From: Anaerolineales bacterium
Lineage (GTDB): Bacteria; Chloroflexota; Anaerolineae; Anaerolineales; Villigracilaceae
DNA length: 64,000 nt
Direction of reading: 5' to 3'
NCBI GenBank assembly: GCA_050305405.1
Contig: JBNLFG010000015.1
Coordinates: forward strand, 68,971 to 132,970
Translations under genes and position numbers: made by a program
In this document: piece by piece, positions 40,628 to 49,051 of the stretch
Layout: each line of letters starts with the position of its first letter
How positions within the stretch are numbered: the first letter of the stretch is position 1
The notes under the pieces: model-generated
The model's input: the letters and a program-made list of their open reading frames with translations, nothing else
What the model was told of the DNA's origin: nothing
Database searches by the model: none

Positions 40628-41446
40628 CTAATTATCTTGACAAAAATGTCCATTGATCCAGCCCGTTTCTCCCTCAAAGATGATTGGGACCCAGCCATCT
40701 TTGTCGTCCTGGAAGGCAAGCTGAAGCTCATCTCCTGAAACAGCATGCCCCAGCGTTGCACAAGCGGTAGCAGGGCATTCACGCACATAAAGGAATGTGC
40801 TGGTGACAGAGCATGAGATTGGAATCAGCCCACTGGCTTCGGGAACATTCTCTGCCCACATTTGAAATTCTTTGGCAGTCATTTCACCTTTGATCGGCGC
40901 AGCGCCACCAGCGGGGAGATCGGCCGCTTCACCAGCTGTGAATTCAACAGAACCAGCTTCATTTTCAGCTGAACAATGCCCCTCCAAACAGGTGACACGC
41001 ACTTCTCCACTCTCGGGATTAAATCCCGCAGACATATATGACCCACGCACACCAGCCAACCCGGAGGGCATTTCAACTTCCAGTTCTCCGCCGACCAAAA
41101 CGATCCAAATTTGACCTACATCTACTTTGATACGTGTCAGTAGACCTTGCTCTGCTTCATGATTGGTCTTCAAGACAAAAACGCTCTCAGGCCCAACGCG
41201 GATCACTGTCCCACTGGAAAGATCAAGCTTCGTGCGGCTTTCAACGCCCGTACTAACTTGTGATCTGACGGCAAGGGTTTCGTTCATTTGCGCTGGCTGA
41301 AATTCATTTGCATTAGCATGACGTACAGTAACATCATCGCCTTGAATTTCTGCAATGATCGCGCTCAAATTTTCAGGGACAGGGGTAAGCGGCTCACAAC
41401 TACTGAGAAAGAGTACAGCAAAGATAAGCAAATAGTATTTTTTCAT
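40628..41446 (-). CDS. Lipoprotein with a FecR-like domain and a C-terminal SH3b-like domain
   Basis: Lipobox LSSC. C-terminal GW...GWI pattern. Confidence 0.5.
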   Translation of the reverse strand: MKKYYLLIFAVLFLSSCEPLTPVPENLSAIIAEIQGDDVTVRHANANEFQPAQMNETLAVRSQVSTGVESRTKLDLSSGTVIRVGPESVFVLKTNHEAEQGLLTRIKVDVGQIWIVLVGGELEVEMPSGLAGVRGSYMSAGFNPESGEVRVTCLEGHCSAENEAGSVEFTAGEAADLPAGGAAPIKGEMTAKEFQMWAENVPEASGLIPISCSVTSTFLYVRECPATACATLGHAVSGDELQLAFQDDKDGWVPIIFEGETGWINGHFCQDN

Positions 41447-41588
41447 AAAACCTCTTGTAATAGAATTTTGGAAAAGACACAAAATTATAATGTGAGGTTC
41501 TCTGGTCTCTATCCCCCATTTGTGTAGAAAAAAAACTACAGACTTTGTAAGTGTGTCTATAGCTTTATATTCACATCTTTTAATTGTT

Positions 41589-42053
41589 TTAGTTGAGCGT
41601 TCTCAGAATTTCGAGCAATTCCTGGTTCTCCGGGATGTCACTCATCGAATGGCCGTAGTGGGCATAACGTGCCACGCCCGCTTTATCGACGATGACCTGT
41701 GCAGGCATACGTCCCAATTTGAAGAGTTTGACTTCTTGCCCAAAGAGCTTCAGCACACTATGTTTAGGGTCGGGAATGCCGATAAAGGGCAGGGTATGCT
41801 CATCCCAATATTTGGCGAAGGCAGCTTCGTTTTCTGGCCCGACCACCAGAATGGTTGTTTGGGCAGCTTCAAATTTTGCGTAGTCATGGCGCAACTGCGC
41901 CATATGCCGTTGGCAATAGGGTCAGAGGAAGCCACGATTGAAAACGAGCAGGACATTGCTCTCTTGGCGGAATTCGGACAAGGTGATGGGGCGTCCGGTG
42001 AAACTATCTAATGAAAAATCGGGGGCTGGGGCGTTGATCTCTACTTTTGGCAT
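41589..42053 (-). CDS. Peroxiredoxin-like (AhpC/TSA / redoxin family) selenoprotein. The in-frame TGA at 41922..41924 encodes Sec in a U-P-Y-C redox motif.
   Basis: Continuous reading frame MPKVEINAPAPDFSL...VLLVFNRGFL-[TGA]-PYCQRHMAQLRHDYAKF. The TGA sits at the conserved peroxidatic Cys position. A downstream hairpin, an RBS and selB in the window support it. Confidence 0.75.
41883..41900 (-). ncRNA. Putative bacterial SECIS element (mRNA hairpin AUGGCGC-AGUU-GCGCCAU)
   Basis: 7-bp perfect stem and a 4-nt GU-containing apical loop. Starts 19 nt 3' of the UGA. Confidence 0.55.
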
Positions 42054-42054
42054 A

Positions 42055-42813
42055 TTATTTCTCCGCTTGGAATTTTATCAGTACTGCATACAAAAATGCA
42101 ATCAAAACCAAGCCAAAGCTTACCCAAATCGCCGAGGTGACAATGCCATTTTGCGGGAATTTGACTCCGATGCCAAATAAGGCCCAGAGAAAAACGGCGA
42201 GATAAGCAAGGTCCCAGCGGCGGAGGGAGATTGCCCACGCTAAGGCTACGACCACGATCAGGATGATGACCATCCACGTTTCAGCGGCGATGCCGAACTG
42301 TCCCCATTTGAAGTAGTAGAGCACGTCGCTGACGTTGGCGATGGTGGCAACCGATATCCAGCCGAGATAAATACTAAATGGAACGGAAGCAAGCCAAAAT
42401 TCCACGCGTGTCGCGTTTTCGTTATCCTGTCTTAAACCTTCGTAGGTGAAGAGCAGGCTGGCGAGCAAAATCAGCATGAAGACTAAGGTCCAACCGAATA
42501 GTTGGTAATGCCAACAGAATATCCAGGTGGCATTGACGAGATTACCGAGCACAACCCACCAGCCGATGCGAGCCAGACGCGGATTGTCGCGTTGTTTTGG
42601 GCTGGCTTGGTAGATGGCAAAGGCGATCAGCCCGATGTAGATAATGCCCCAAATTGAGAAAACATATCCAGCGGGGACGAAGTAAGTGTTGAAGCTATCG
42701 GAGACTTCGCCGGTGGTCAGCCCGTTGATGGGCAGGGCGTTGGCAAGACCGTTGACCGTGATAGTCAGGATGGTGCTGAGAAGCACAGCTATTTGACGGA
42801 AGGTGATTTTCAT
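42055..42813 (-). CDS. TspO/MBR-like tryptophan-rich membrane protein (tentative)
   Basis: Multi-TM protein with an FVPAGYVFSIWGIIY block resembling TspO_MBR. Longer than canonical TspO. Confidence 0.45.
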   Translation of the reverse strand: MKITFRQIAVLLSTILTITVNGLANALPINGLTTGEVSDSFNTYFVPAGYVFSIWGIIYIGLIAFAIYQASPKQRDNPRLARIGWWVVLGNLVNATWIFCWHYQLFGWTLVFMLILLASLLFTYEGLRQDNENATRVEFWLASVPFSIYLGWISVATIANVSDVLYYFKWGQFGIAAETWMVIILIVVVALAWAISLRRWDLAYLAVFLWALFGIGVKFPQNGIVTSAIWVSFGLVLIAFLYAVLIKFQAEK

Positions 42814-43253
42814 TTTTCACTCCTTAATGCGCGTTTGGTTGCCCATGCGCGATAGGTGAATAAAAATTGCAAGCTAAGTCTGCCAAAAAGCAGATGGGTG
42901 AAAAGCCCGCGCCAACCTTTGGGATGACGATATTCGATCTGCTCGTGGATGCGGGTTTGTCTTTCATTGATCGTTTCAAAGCGATGCGTATGCGCCCAAA
43001 ACTCCATCGGGCCGCTCTCTTGTGTATCGGTGAAGCCTTGCTCGCTAACGTTGCTATGCACCGCTCGCCAACGGATGGGAATCGGCCCCAGCCAGAGCGT
43101 GAATTCGGAGATTGAGCCTTCGCCCATCGGATCGGCACGATGAAGCTGCATCGGCGTTGGGCTGAGTTTTTTGAGTGCGCTGGTATGGCGATGAAATTCG
43201 GCTACATCGGCAAGCGGCGCATACACGGTGAAGCTGTAATTGAAAGTCGGCAT
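42810..43253 (-). CDS. SRPBCC-superfamily (cyclase/dehydrase-like) protein
   Basis: FWAHTHRFE motif shared with the paralog at 49052. Confidence 0.6.
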   Translation of the reverse strand: MPTFNYSFTVYAPLADVAEFHRHTSALKKLSPTPMQLHRADPMGEGSISEFTLWLGPIPIRWRAVHSNVSEQGFTDTQESGPMEFWAHTHRFETINERQTRIHEQIEYRHPKGWRGLFTHLLFGRLSLQFLFTYRAWATKRALRSEK

Positions 43254-43254
43254 C

Positions 43255-43626
43255 TTACTCCAGGAATTCGATCTTGATAGAAGTATGCTGCACCCTCTTC
43301 ATCTTGCCCATCAAACGAAACCCTTGAAACGCCAAGCCGTATTTTTTGCGCATCAAACTAGTTGTGAAGGATAAGGCTTCCGGCGATTCATTTGTTGTAG
43401 CGTGAGCATCGATCCACTCACCAAGCGGCTCACCACTCGCCGTTGAGGGGACAACTTTCACCGCACCATTATTGCGAATGCGTTTCGCTTTCCATGAATC
43501 AGCTTGCGTCCAGACGTAAAAAACATCTCGATCCTGCACAAACCAGACGGGCGTTTTAACACCTACGCCGCTCTTGCGAAAGGTTTCGATATTGAGATAT
43601 TTTTGGTTTTTAAATTGGTCTAGCAT
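43255..43626 (-). CDS. Pyridoxamine 5'-phosphate oxidase-like (PPOX-class, possibly F420/FMN-binding) protein
   Basis: Size and split-barrel family pattern. Confidence 0.55.
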   Translation of the reverse strand: MLDQFKNQKYLNIETFRKSGVGVKTPVWFVQDRDVFYVWTQADSWKAKRIRNNGAVKVVPSTASGEPLGEWIDAHATTNESPEALSFTTSLMRKKYGLAFQGFRLMGKMKRVQHTSIKIEFLE

Positions 43627-43681
43627 TACTTTTTCCTTTTGCTTCAGAGGTGGTTGAGTAGTCCCGAATGCTTTTTAGCTG

Positions 43682-44665
43682 TCATTTCACCAATTCCTTT
43701 AACGTCTCGCGCCGACGGCGATACTCGATGATCGGCCCATCAGCTTTGATCGGTTTCTCATCCCCGTCACGTAAGCTGCTGATAAGGGGCGTATGTGTTT
43801 CGACAATGCCACGATCTTGGTGTGCGATATAGATATTCGAAGGCATGGAAAGTTGTGCAACCAGCTTTCCCAAAATTGGCGCAGGCAGGAATTTTTGATA
43901 AAAACGCAAATACAGCAAGGTGTTCTCATCATCGACGGGGACAAAGGCAGCCAGCACACGCACATCATCACTGATGAAGTTTTGCCAGAGATTGGGCATG
44001 ATAAGCTCAAGATGCACCTGTCCATCACGCACATCTAATTCGTCGGCAGAGCGGGGCTTGCTGCCATCGTCGACACGGTTGAAGACGTAGGTACACATCA
44101 TCTTTTCATTCCTGTCGCACCAGATCACCTTAGGGCCGTCCACAAGAGTACGGTTGCCACGCCCGATAGTGTTGTAGTGCACGAAGGGCAGATGCGCCAC
44201 ATCAAGCTGATTTTCGATCACACGCGAGTAGTGCGCCTTCCACGGGTCAATGGCACTGCCATACTGAAATTTTCCATCGAGATTATCGAAGAAGGTCGGC
44301 GGCTCCAAATCTTCGGGCGGATTTTCGCCCCACCAAATCCAGATAAAGCCGTGTGCTTCGTAGGCCGGATAAGAATTCAGACGCATGGCGGCGGGCGGTT
44401 GGCTGCTGCGCCCCTCGGCAGGGATGTGGACACATTGCCCGCTCGAGTCAAATTCAAAGCCATGAAAGGGACATTGCAAATGCCCATCGTGGACTTTGCC
44501 AAGGCTCAACGCCACTCCCCGATGCGGACAACGGTCGAAAGCGCACCTGACCTGCTGCTTGCTATCACGCCAAAAGACCAGTTTCTCACCCAAGCGTTTT
44601 ACCCCAACCGGCTTATCCCCAACCTGCTTCGAGTCTAAAACAACGTACCACTGATTACGGATCAT
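43682..44665 (-). CDS. Rieske [2Fe-2S] non-heme iron oxygenase, PAO/Tic55/CAO-like
   Basis: CPHRG...CPFHG Rieske motif plus a D-x2-H-x4-H mononuclear iron site (DVAHLPFVH). Confidence 0.8.
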   Translation of the reverse strand: MIRNQWYVVLDSKQVGDKPVGVKRLGEKLVFWRDSKQQVRCAFDRCPHRGVALSLGKVHDGHLQCPFHGFEFDSSGQCVHIPAEGRSSQPPAAMRLNSYPAYEAHGFIWIWWGENPPEDLEPPTFFDNLDGKFQYGSAIDPWKAHYSRVIENQLDVAHLPFVHYNTIGRGNRTLVDGPKVIWCDRNEKMMCTYVFNRVDDGSKPRSADELDVRDGQVHLELIMPNLWQNFISDDVRVLAAFVPVDDENTLLYLRFYQKFLPAPILGKLVAQLSMPSNIYIAHQDRGIVETHTPLISSLRDGDEKPIKADGPIIEYRRRRETLKELVK

Positions 44666-44739
44666 CGCTCCCTCCCGAGAAAATTCACTTTGCTAGCACA
44701 GCTTGCGCCACTAGATGGTTGAAAATAGCGCACGAAGAT

Positions 44740-45669
44740 TTATTCTTCAACTTTCTGCTCAACAGGCGCTTCAAAAGGCGGCAAAATCTCAAATTCCTGC
44801 GAGGCGGGGCGGGCGCTCTTATTCATGCCCATCCACGCAAAATTCGCCATCATCTTCATCAGGCGCAGACCACTCATTAGCTTATATTCCACAAAAGGCT
44901 TCTCATTCGTTTCGAGCAAATGCACCAATTCACGAGCAGGTACTTTCGGCGGGTTACCGAGCGCTTTCAACGCCATCGGGAAATTCACCATCGTTCCCGC
45001 GATCTGCTCGCCGACCACTTCCTGTACATCGAGCATATCTGTGAACATCATGCCCGGGCTAAACCCGACAAACTGCACGCCCAAATCGGCATATTCCTTC
45101 GCCATCGTGCGCGTAAATGACGTGATCCATGCCTTCGTCGCTCCATACAAGCCTGATGGCGTCGCCGCTCGCAAATCGCTGCCGCGCCCGTACAGGCTCA
45201 CAATCGTGCCGCGCCGCGCAGACTTCATATAATGCAGGGCTGCCTGCGTCCCGTTGATCGTCCCCACACAATTCACGCGGAATGTCTGCTCGGCAACTTC
45301 AGGAGCAAAATCAAGGATACCGCCCGCCGTCGGGGTGATGCCCGCGTTGTTGACCCAGATATCGATCTGCCCGAATTCTTGGATAGCGTGACGAGCGAGT
45401 GCATACACATCTTCGGAGACGGACACGTCACACGCCAGACCCGAAACTTGCTCTCGTTTGTCGAGTTCTGCCACGACCCGATCCACATCCGTTTGCTTGC
45501 GCCCCGAAATGACGACCCGCGCCCCAACAGAGAGCATCTCTTCGGCGATGGCGCGCCCAAATCCACGCGTAGAGCCAGTGATAACGACGACTTTATTTTT
45601 CAAATCCATAATTTTCCTCGTAGTAAGGGCTTCAGCCCTTTTCTCTTGTAAAACCGCAGTGCAATGCAT
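44740..45669 (-). CDS. Short-chain dehydrogenase/reductase. The true start is probably Met21 at 45609.
   Basis: VVVITGSTRGFG motif. Long ORF with a possible upstream extension. Confidence 0.75.
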   Translation of the reverse strand: MHCTAVLQEKRAEALTTRKIMDLKNKVVVITGSTRGFGRAIAEEMLSVGARVVISGRKQTDVDRVVAELDKREQVSGLACDVSVSEDVYALARHAIQEFGQIDIWVNNAGITPTAGGILDFAPEVAEQTFRVNCVGTINGTQAALHYMKSARRGTIVSLYGRGSDLRAATPSGLYGATKAWITSFTRTMAKEYADLGVQFVGFSPGMMFTDMLDVQEVVGEQIAGTMVNFPMALKALGNPPKVPARELVHLLETNEKPFVEYKLMSGLRLMKMMANFAWMGMNKSARPASQEFEILPPFEAPVEQKVEE

Positions 45670-45737
45670 CTTTATCTTTCTCCATCGTTTCGCTCGAAGT
45701 GCTTCGCAATATGCAATGCACTGCTACTTTTATTCAT

Positions 45738-46607
45738 TTAAAGCTTCGGTATCAAAACAGGCGTATTCTTCTTGTAGTCCTCATAATCTGCTTGCCCGCC
45801 CCATTTCTCATCGGCGCGTGCTTCAAGCATTGGCACGCCGCTGACGCGAGTTAGCAGCAAGGTCACAAAGATCGGCGAGATGAGTGCGATCCACTGCCAA
45901 CCCTGCAAAACGGGGACAGCGATCAACATCACGCCCAGCCAAAGAGAGATCTCACCAAAATAATTTGGGTGGCGCGAGCGTGCCCATAAACCCGTATTGA
46001 TGAATTTGCCTTTGTTGGCAGAGGCTTTGCGGAAAGCGCTTTTTTGTGCATCAGCAGCCACTTCAATTACAAAGCCAAAGAGCCAGACCAAACCACCAAC
46101 CAAGCCCCATGCCCCGAGCGGTTGATGTGTGGTGCTCGTCATCGCCATCGAGGCAGCAATTACCGTAAAAGTGACCCACAATCCCTGCAATGTCCAGACG
46201 TGGAAAAAACGCACAAAGGAGGGCTTGATATCATCAAAGCGTCCATCCTTGCCATCACGTTGAATACGCGAGAAGAGGAAAGTCCCCAAACGGAATGCCC
46301 ATGCCAAGACAATGCCCAGCATCAACACCGAGCGTGCATCGCGTGCTTCGGGGTTCAGAAAAAACGCCAAAAGCATGGTCGTGATGTAGGTAATACTGCC
46401 AGTCAGATCAAAGAATTTTTCGGTCTGATTTTTGTAGGCATGGATAAAGACCAGCCAGTTGAGCAAAAACGCCCAAGCGACCAAAATCCCAAAGAGGGGT
46501 ACCCCACCAACCTTGACGCTGTACTGGCTGCCCGCAAAGGCAACGCCTACAGCAATAAGTACCTCGATGATGCTGGCGATGAAGTATTTATTTTCTTCTT
46601 GATTCAT
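45738..46607 (-). CDS. DUF1295 / steroid-5-alpha-reductase-like (ICMT/PEMT-type) membrane protein
   Basis: Multi-TM protein. C-terminal HPNYFGE motif. Confidence 0.65.
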   Translation of the reverse strand: MNQEENKYFIASIIEVLIAVGVAFAGSQYSVKVGGVPLFGILVAWAFLLNWLVFIHAYKNQTEKFFDLTGSITYITTMLLAFFLNPEARDARSVLMLGIVLAWAFRLGTFLFSRIQRDGKDGRFDDIKPSFVRFFHVWTLQGLWVTFTVIAASMAMTSTTHQPLGAWGLVGGLVWLFGFVIEVAADAQKSAFRKASANKGKFINTGLWARSRHPNYFGEISLWLGVMLIAVPVLQGWQWIALISPIFVTLLLTRVSGVPMLEARADEKWGGQADYEDYKKNTPVLIPKL

Positions 46608-46766
46608 TTTTTATTCCTTATTTCTAAAGGTGGTTGAGTAGTTTCGAGCGGAGCGAGAAGTGTATCGCCTGTACCCGAAGGGTGAAACCACATAATCCAG
46701 TTTCTTGTAAAAACTCGTTGGTTTCGATACGGCGAAAAGCACCGCCTACTCAACCAACGGACGCTT

Positions 46767-47498
46767 CTATTTACCAATAAACGCAAGCGTCTCTCTCAAA
46801 ATCCAATCTTGCTGTGCTTCACGCGAGATGGATGCAATCCTATCCCCGGGCTGGAGGCCGTACCAGCCAAATTGGGCGTGATTAGCACCGTCCATCTCAA
46901 CCCAAACGACATCTTCGGGTGAGCGTTCTTTTGACAAGCGAATTTCCTCCGCTCCGCCATCTTCCGTCCCGTAGATGGATAAAACTTGCAGACCGGGGAT
47001 CGCGCTCAAATCGGTGCTTTCAGCCGAATACGACGCCCACAAAAAGAGACCGTCGATCTTCTCGGCATTTGCCGCTGCGTATTCAGCGGCCATCGCCCCA
47101 CCGAGCGAATGCCCGCCAACATACCAATGCTCAATGGCAGGATTCTTTGCCATGATCTCATCTGCCACGTTGATGGCGGTGAACGCCAAGTTGAGCGGCA
47201 CGGGCGGCAAAACAACGAGATAGCCCGCACGAGCGATCTCTTTTGCCAAAGGCGAGTATGCACGTGGGTCAACATGCCCACCCGGGTAGATGATGACGCC
47301 CGTTGTGGCAACCATCTCGGTCGGAGTGAAGACCATCCAATCCTGTTGCGTGATGCTGACTTGATCGTCGCTTTCGAGAGCAACAATTGCTTCGGGCATC
47401 GCATCGAGGGGATTTTCCGCCCATATCACAAAAGCAGCCATCGCCACGATGAGCAGGGCGAGTACTGTAAGGGAAATTCGTTTAAGCCAGAATTTCAT
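46767..47498 (-). CDS. Alpha/beta hydrolase (secreted/anchored)
   Basis: GGHSLGG nucleophile elbow. Start refined to MKFWLKRIS. Confidence 0.7.
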   Translation of the reverse strand: MKFWLKRISLTVLALLIVAMAAFVIWAENPLDAMPEAIVALESDDQVSITQQDWMVFTPTEMVATTGVIIYPGGHVDPRAYSPLAKEIARAGYLVVLPPVPLNLAFTAINVADEIMAKNPAIEHWYVGGHSLGGAMAAEYAAANAEKIDGLFLWASYSAESTDLSAIPGLQVLSIYGTEDGGAEEIRLSKERSPEDVVWVEMDGANHAQFGWYGLQPGDRIASISREAQQDWILRETLAFIGK

Positions 47499-47553
47499 AG
47501 TTATCCTAAATAATCTCTGAGATTGGTTCAATCTTAAAGATTGAACCAATCTG

Positions 47554-48294
47554 TTAAAATCCACGCCGCTGGCCAGACCAGGGAGCGGGCACGTTTTCTT
47601 TGAATTCATCCACGCTGGGACCTTGCAGGTTGCGCAAGCGCCATGTGCCATATAGATAGGTAATCACAAGCAAAAGAGCAAGTGCTGGAAATCCCGTTAG
47701 GGGCTGCACCCAAGCGAGTTGTGTCGCATCGCCGCCTTGATAGAGAGCAAGCTGCCACCAGAATTTGACGCTAAAGAAGAGCGCCCAGAGCAGAGTGGTT
47801 TCGGTGTAGGCTGGCCGCACTCGAGGATGCCAGTACCAAGTCAAATCCCAGCGGCGAGAGATGAAGCTAGTCCAGGCGGTCAGCGGACGACCGACGAGCA
47901 GGCTCAGGAGGCACAAAGCAACTGTCAGCCCGCCACTCAAGACACCGGGCAGGAAGAAACTCTCGGCACGCCCGAGTAACGTGACCAAGCCGATTGCCAG
48001 CAGAACGCTAAGAACGCCGAACAAGCCGTAGGTCAGGGGTTCGTTCCGGCGCACACGGCGAATGCCGAGCAGGACGCTTAATCCCAGCGCTGCCCACATG
48101 GCGAAGCGCAGTCCCCAAATCGCATTGGCAATTAAGAAGAGCAGCGGCGGCAGGATGGCATCCACAAGACGCGCCCCCAGCACGGCGCTAAATTCATCGC
48201 GAAGTTCGGCGAGCTTAGAGGGCATGTTTTCCCATCCAGAATTTCGCCCAATCGCCGTTGCTTTTTTGCAGGGCGAGGAAGGCGTAGAGCGCAC
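47554..48294 (-). CDS. Polytopic membrane protein of unknown function. Start uncertain.
   Basis: 6 predicted TM segments. Confidence 0.4.
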   Translation of the reverse strand: MRSTPSSPCKKATAIGRNSGWENMPSKLAELRDEFSAVLGARLVDAILPPLLFLIANAIWGLRFAMWAALGLSVLLGIRRVRRNEPLTYGLFGVLSVLLAIGLVTLLGRAESFFLPGVLSGGLTVALCLLSLLVGRPLTAWTSFISRRWDLTWYWHPRVRPAYTETTLLWALFFSVKFWWQLALYQGGDATQLAWVQPLTGFPALALLLVITYLYGTWRLRNLQGPSVDEFKENVPAPWSGQRRGF

Positions 48295-48544
48295 CCGCGA
48301 AGAAGCCGAGCGTCATCATCGTGATTGTCCACAGGATGGCAGCGAGCAATTTCTCTTCACGGTAGAAAATCCAGAGAGAGAAAAGCGTGAAGCCGGTATA
48401 GAGATCGACCAGCGAGACGATGCCCCAGGGCATGGACAGCAGTTGGCTGCCCTCGCCGGAGAAGTCGCCGATGGTAAAGCCGTAGATGAGCACGGCGGTC
48501 ATGGCAAGGATGCCAAGAAAGGAGATTCTTTTTGCAGTTTTCAT
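48215..48544 (-). CDS. Small membrane protein (DUF1475-like, tentative)
   Basis: 109 aa with 3 TM segments. Confidence 0.4.
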   Translation of the reverse strand: MKTAKRISFLGILAMTAVLIYGFTIGDFSGEGSQLLSMPWGIVSLVDLYTGFTLFSLWIFYREEKLLAAILWTITMMTLGFFAGALYAFLALQKSNGDWAKFWMGKHAL

Positions 48545-48593
48545 AATAATTCCCAGAAGTGACAGTCACCTTAAAGGTGACTGTCACTTGATT

Positions 48594-48929
48594 TTATAGG
48601 AGGAAGAGCACGCCGAAAACGATCTCGACGACAAAACTGATCAGATTGGATTGCTCACGGGATTTATCAGCGACGATGCTGATGCCGCGCACCGCAGCAA
48701 TGACGAGATAGACGATACCGAGCGTGGGGTAGGCTTGGTTGCCAAGAACAAAGGGCGCTATGCCCAGCCCTATGAATGTTCCGCCAAAAATAGCGCGCAC
48801 TTCCGAAATACCACGTCGACCAATGGGCTTGATACCCGTAAAACCGTCGATTTTGGTAGGTGCGAGGAGTGAATACAGTCCGGTTAAAATCGTGGCGATA
48901 GCGGCGATAATCTGAAGAATTGAGATCAT
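48594..48929 (-). CDS. Small membrane protein (DUF4345-like, tentative)
   Basis: 111 aa. AAGGAG RBS. Confidence 0.45.
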   Translation of the reverse strand: MISILQIIAAIATILTGLYSLLAPTKIDGFTGIKPIGRRGISEVRAIFGGTFIGLGIAPFVLGNQAYPTLGIVYLVIAAVRGISIVADKSREQSNLISFVVEIVFGVLFLL

Positions 48930-49051
48930 TTTTGCTCCTTTGAGCGAGAGTTTTTAAACACGAAGGTCACGAAGATTCACGAAGGAGAACAAAGGTTTTA
49001 AATCTTTTCTTTGGGTCCCTTTGTGTCCGTCGTGTTTAAACTAGAACGAAA

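Noticed and set aside
41589-41924. A peroxiredoxin gene interrupted by a stop codon, which could be read as a pseudogene.
   Set aside because: The stop is a TGA exactly at the catalytic Cys column. The frame is otherwise intact on both sides. A SECIS-like hairpin follows. SelB is encoded in the window. Selenocysteine recoding is the better explanation.
41520-42011. The 163-aa plus-strand ORF (and the 41938..42180 ORF) across the same locus.
   Set aside because: These lie antisense to a well-supported redoxin coding frame. They have no domain signal. They are likely spurious.
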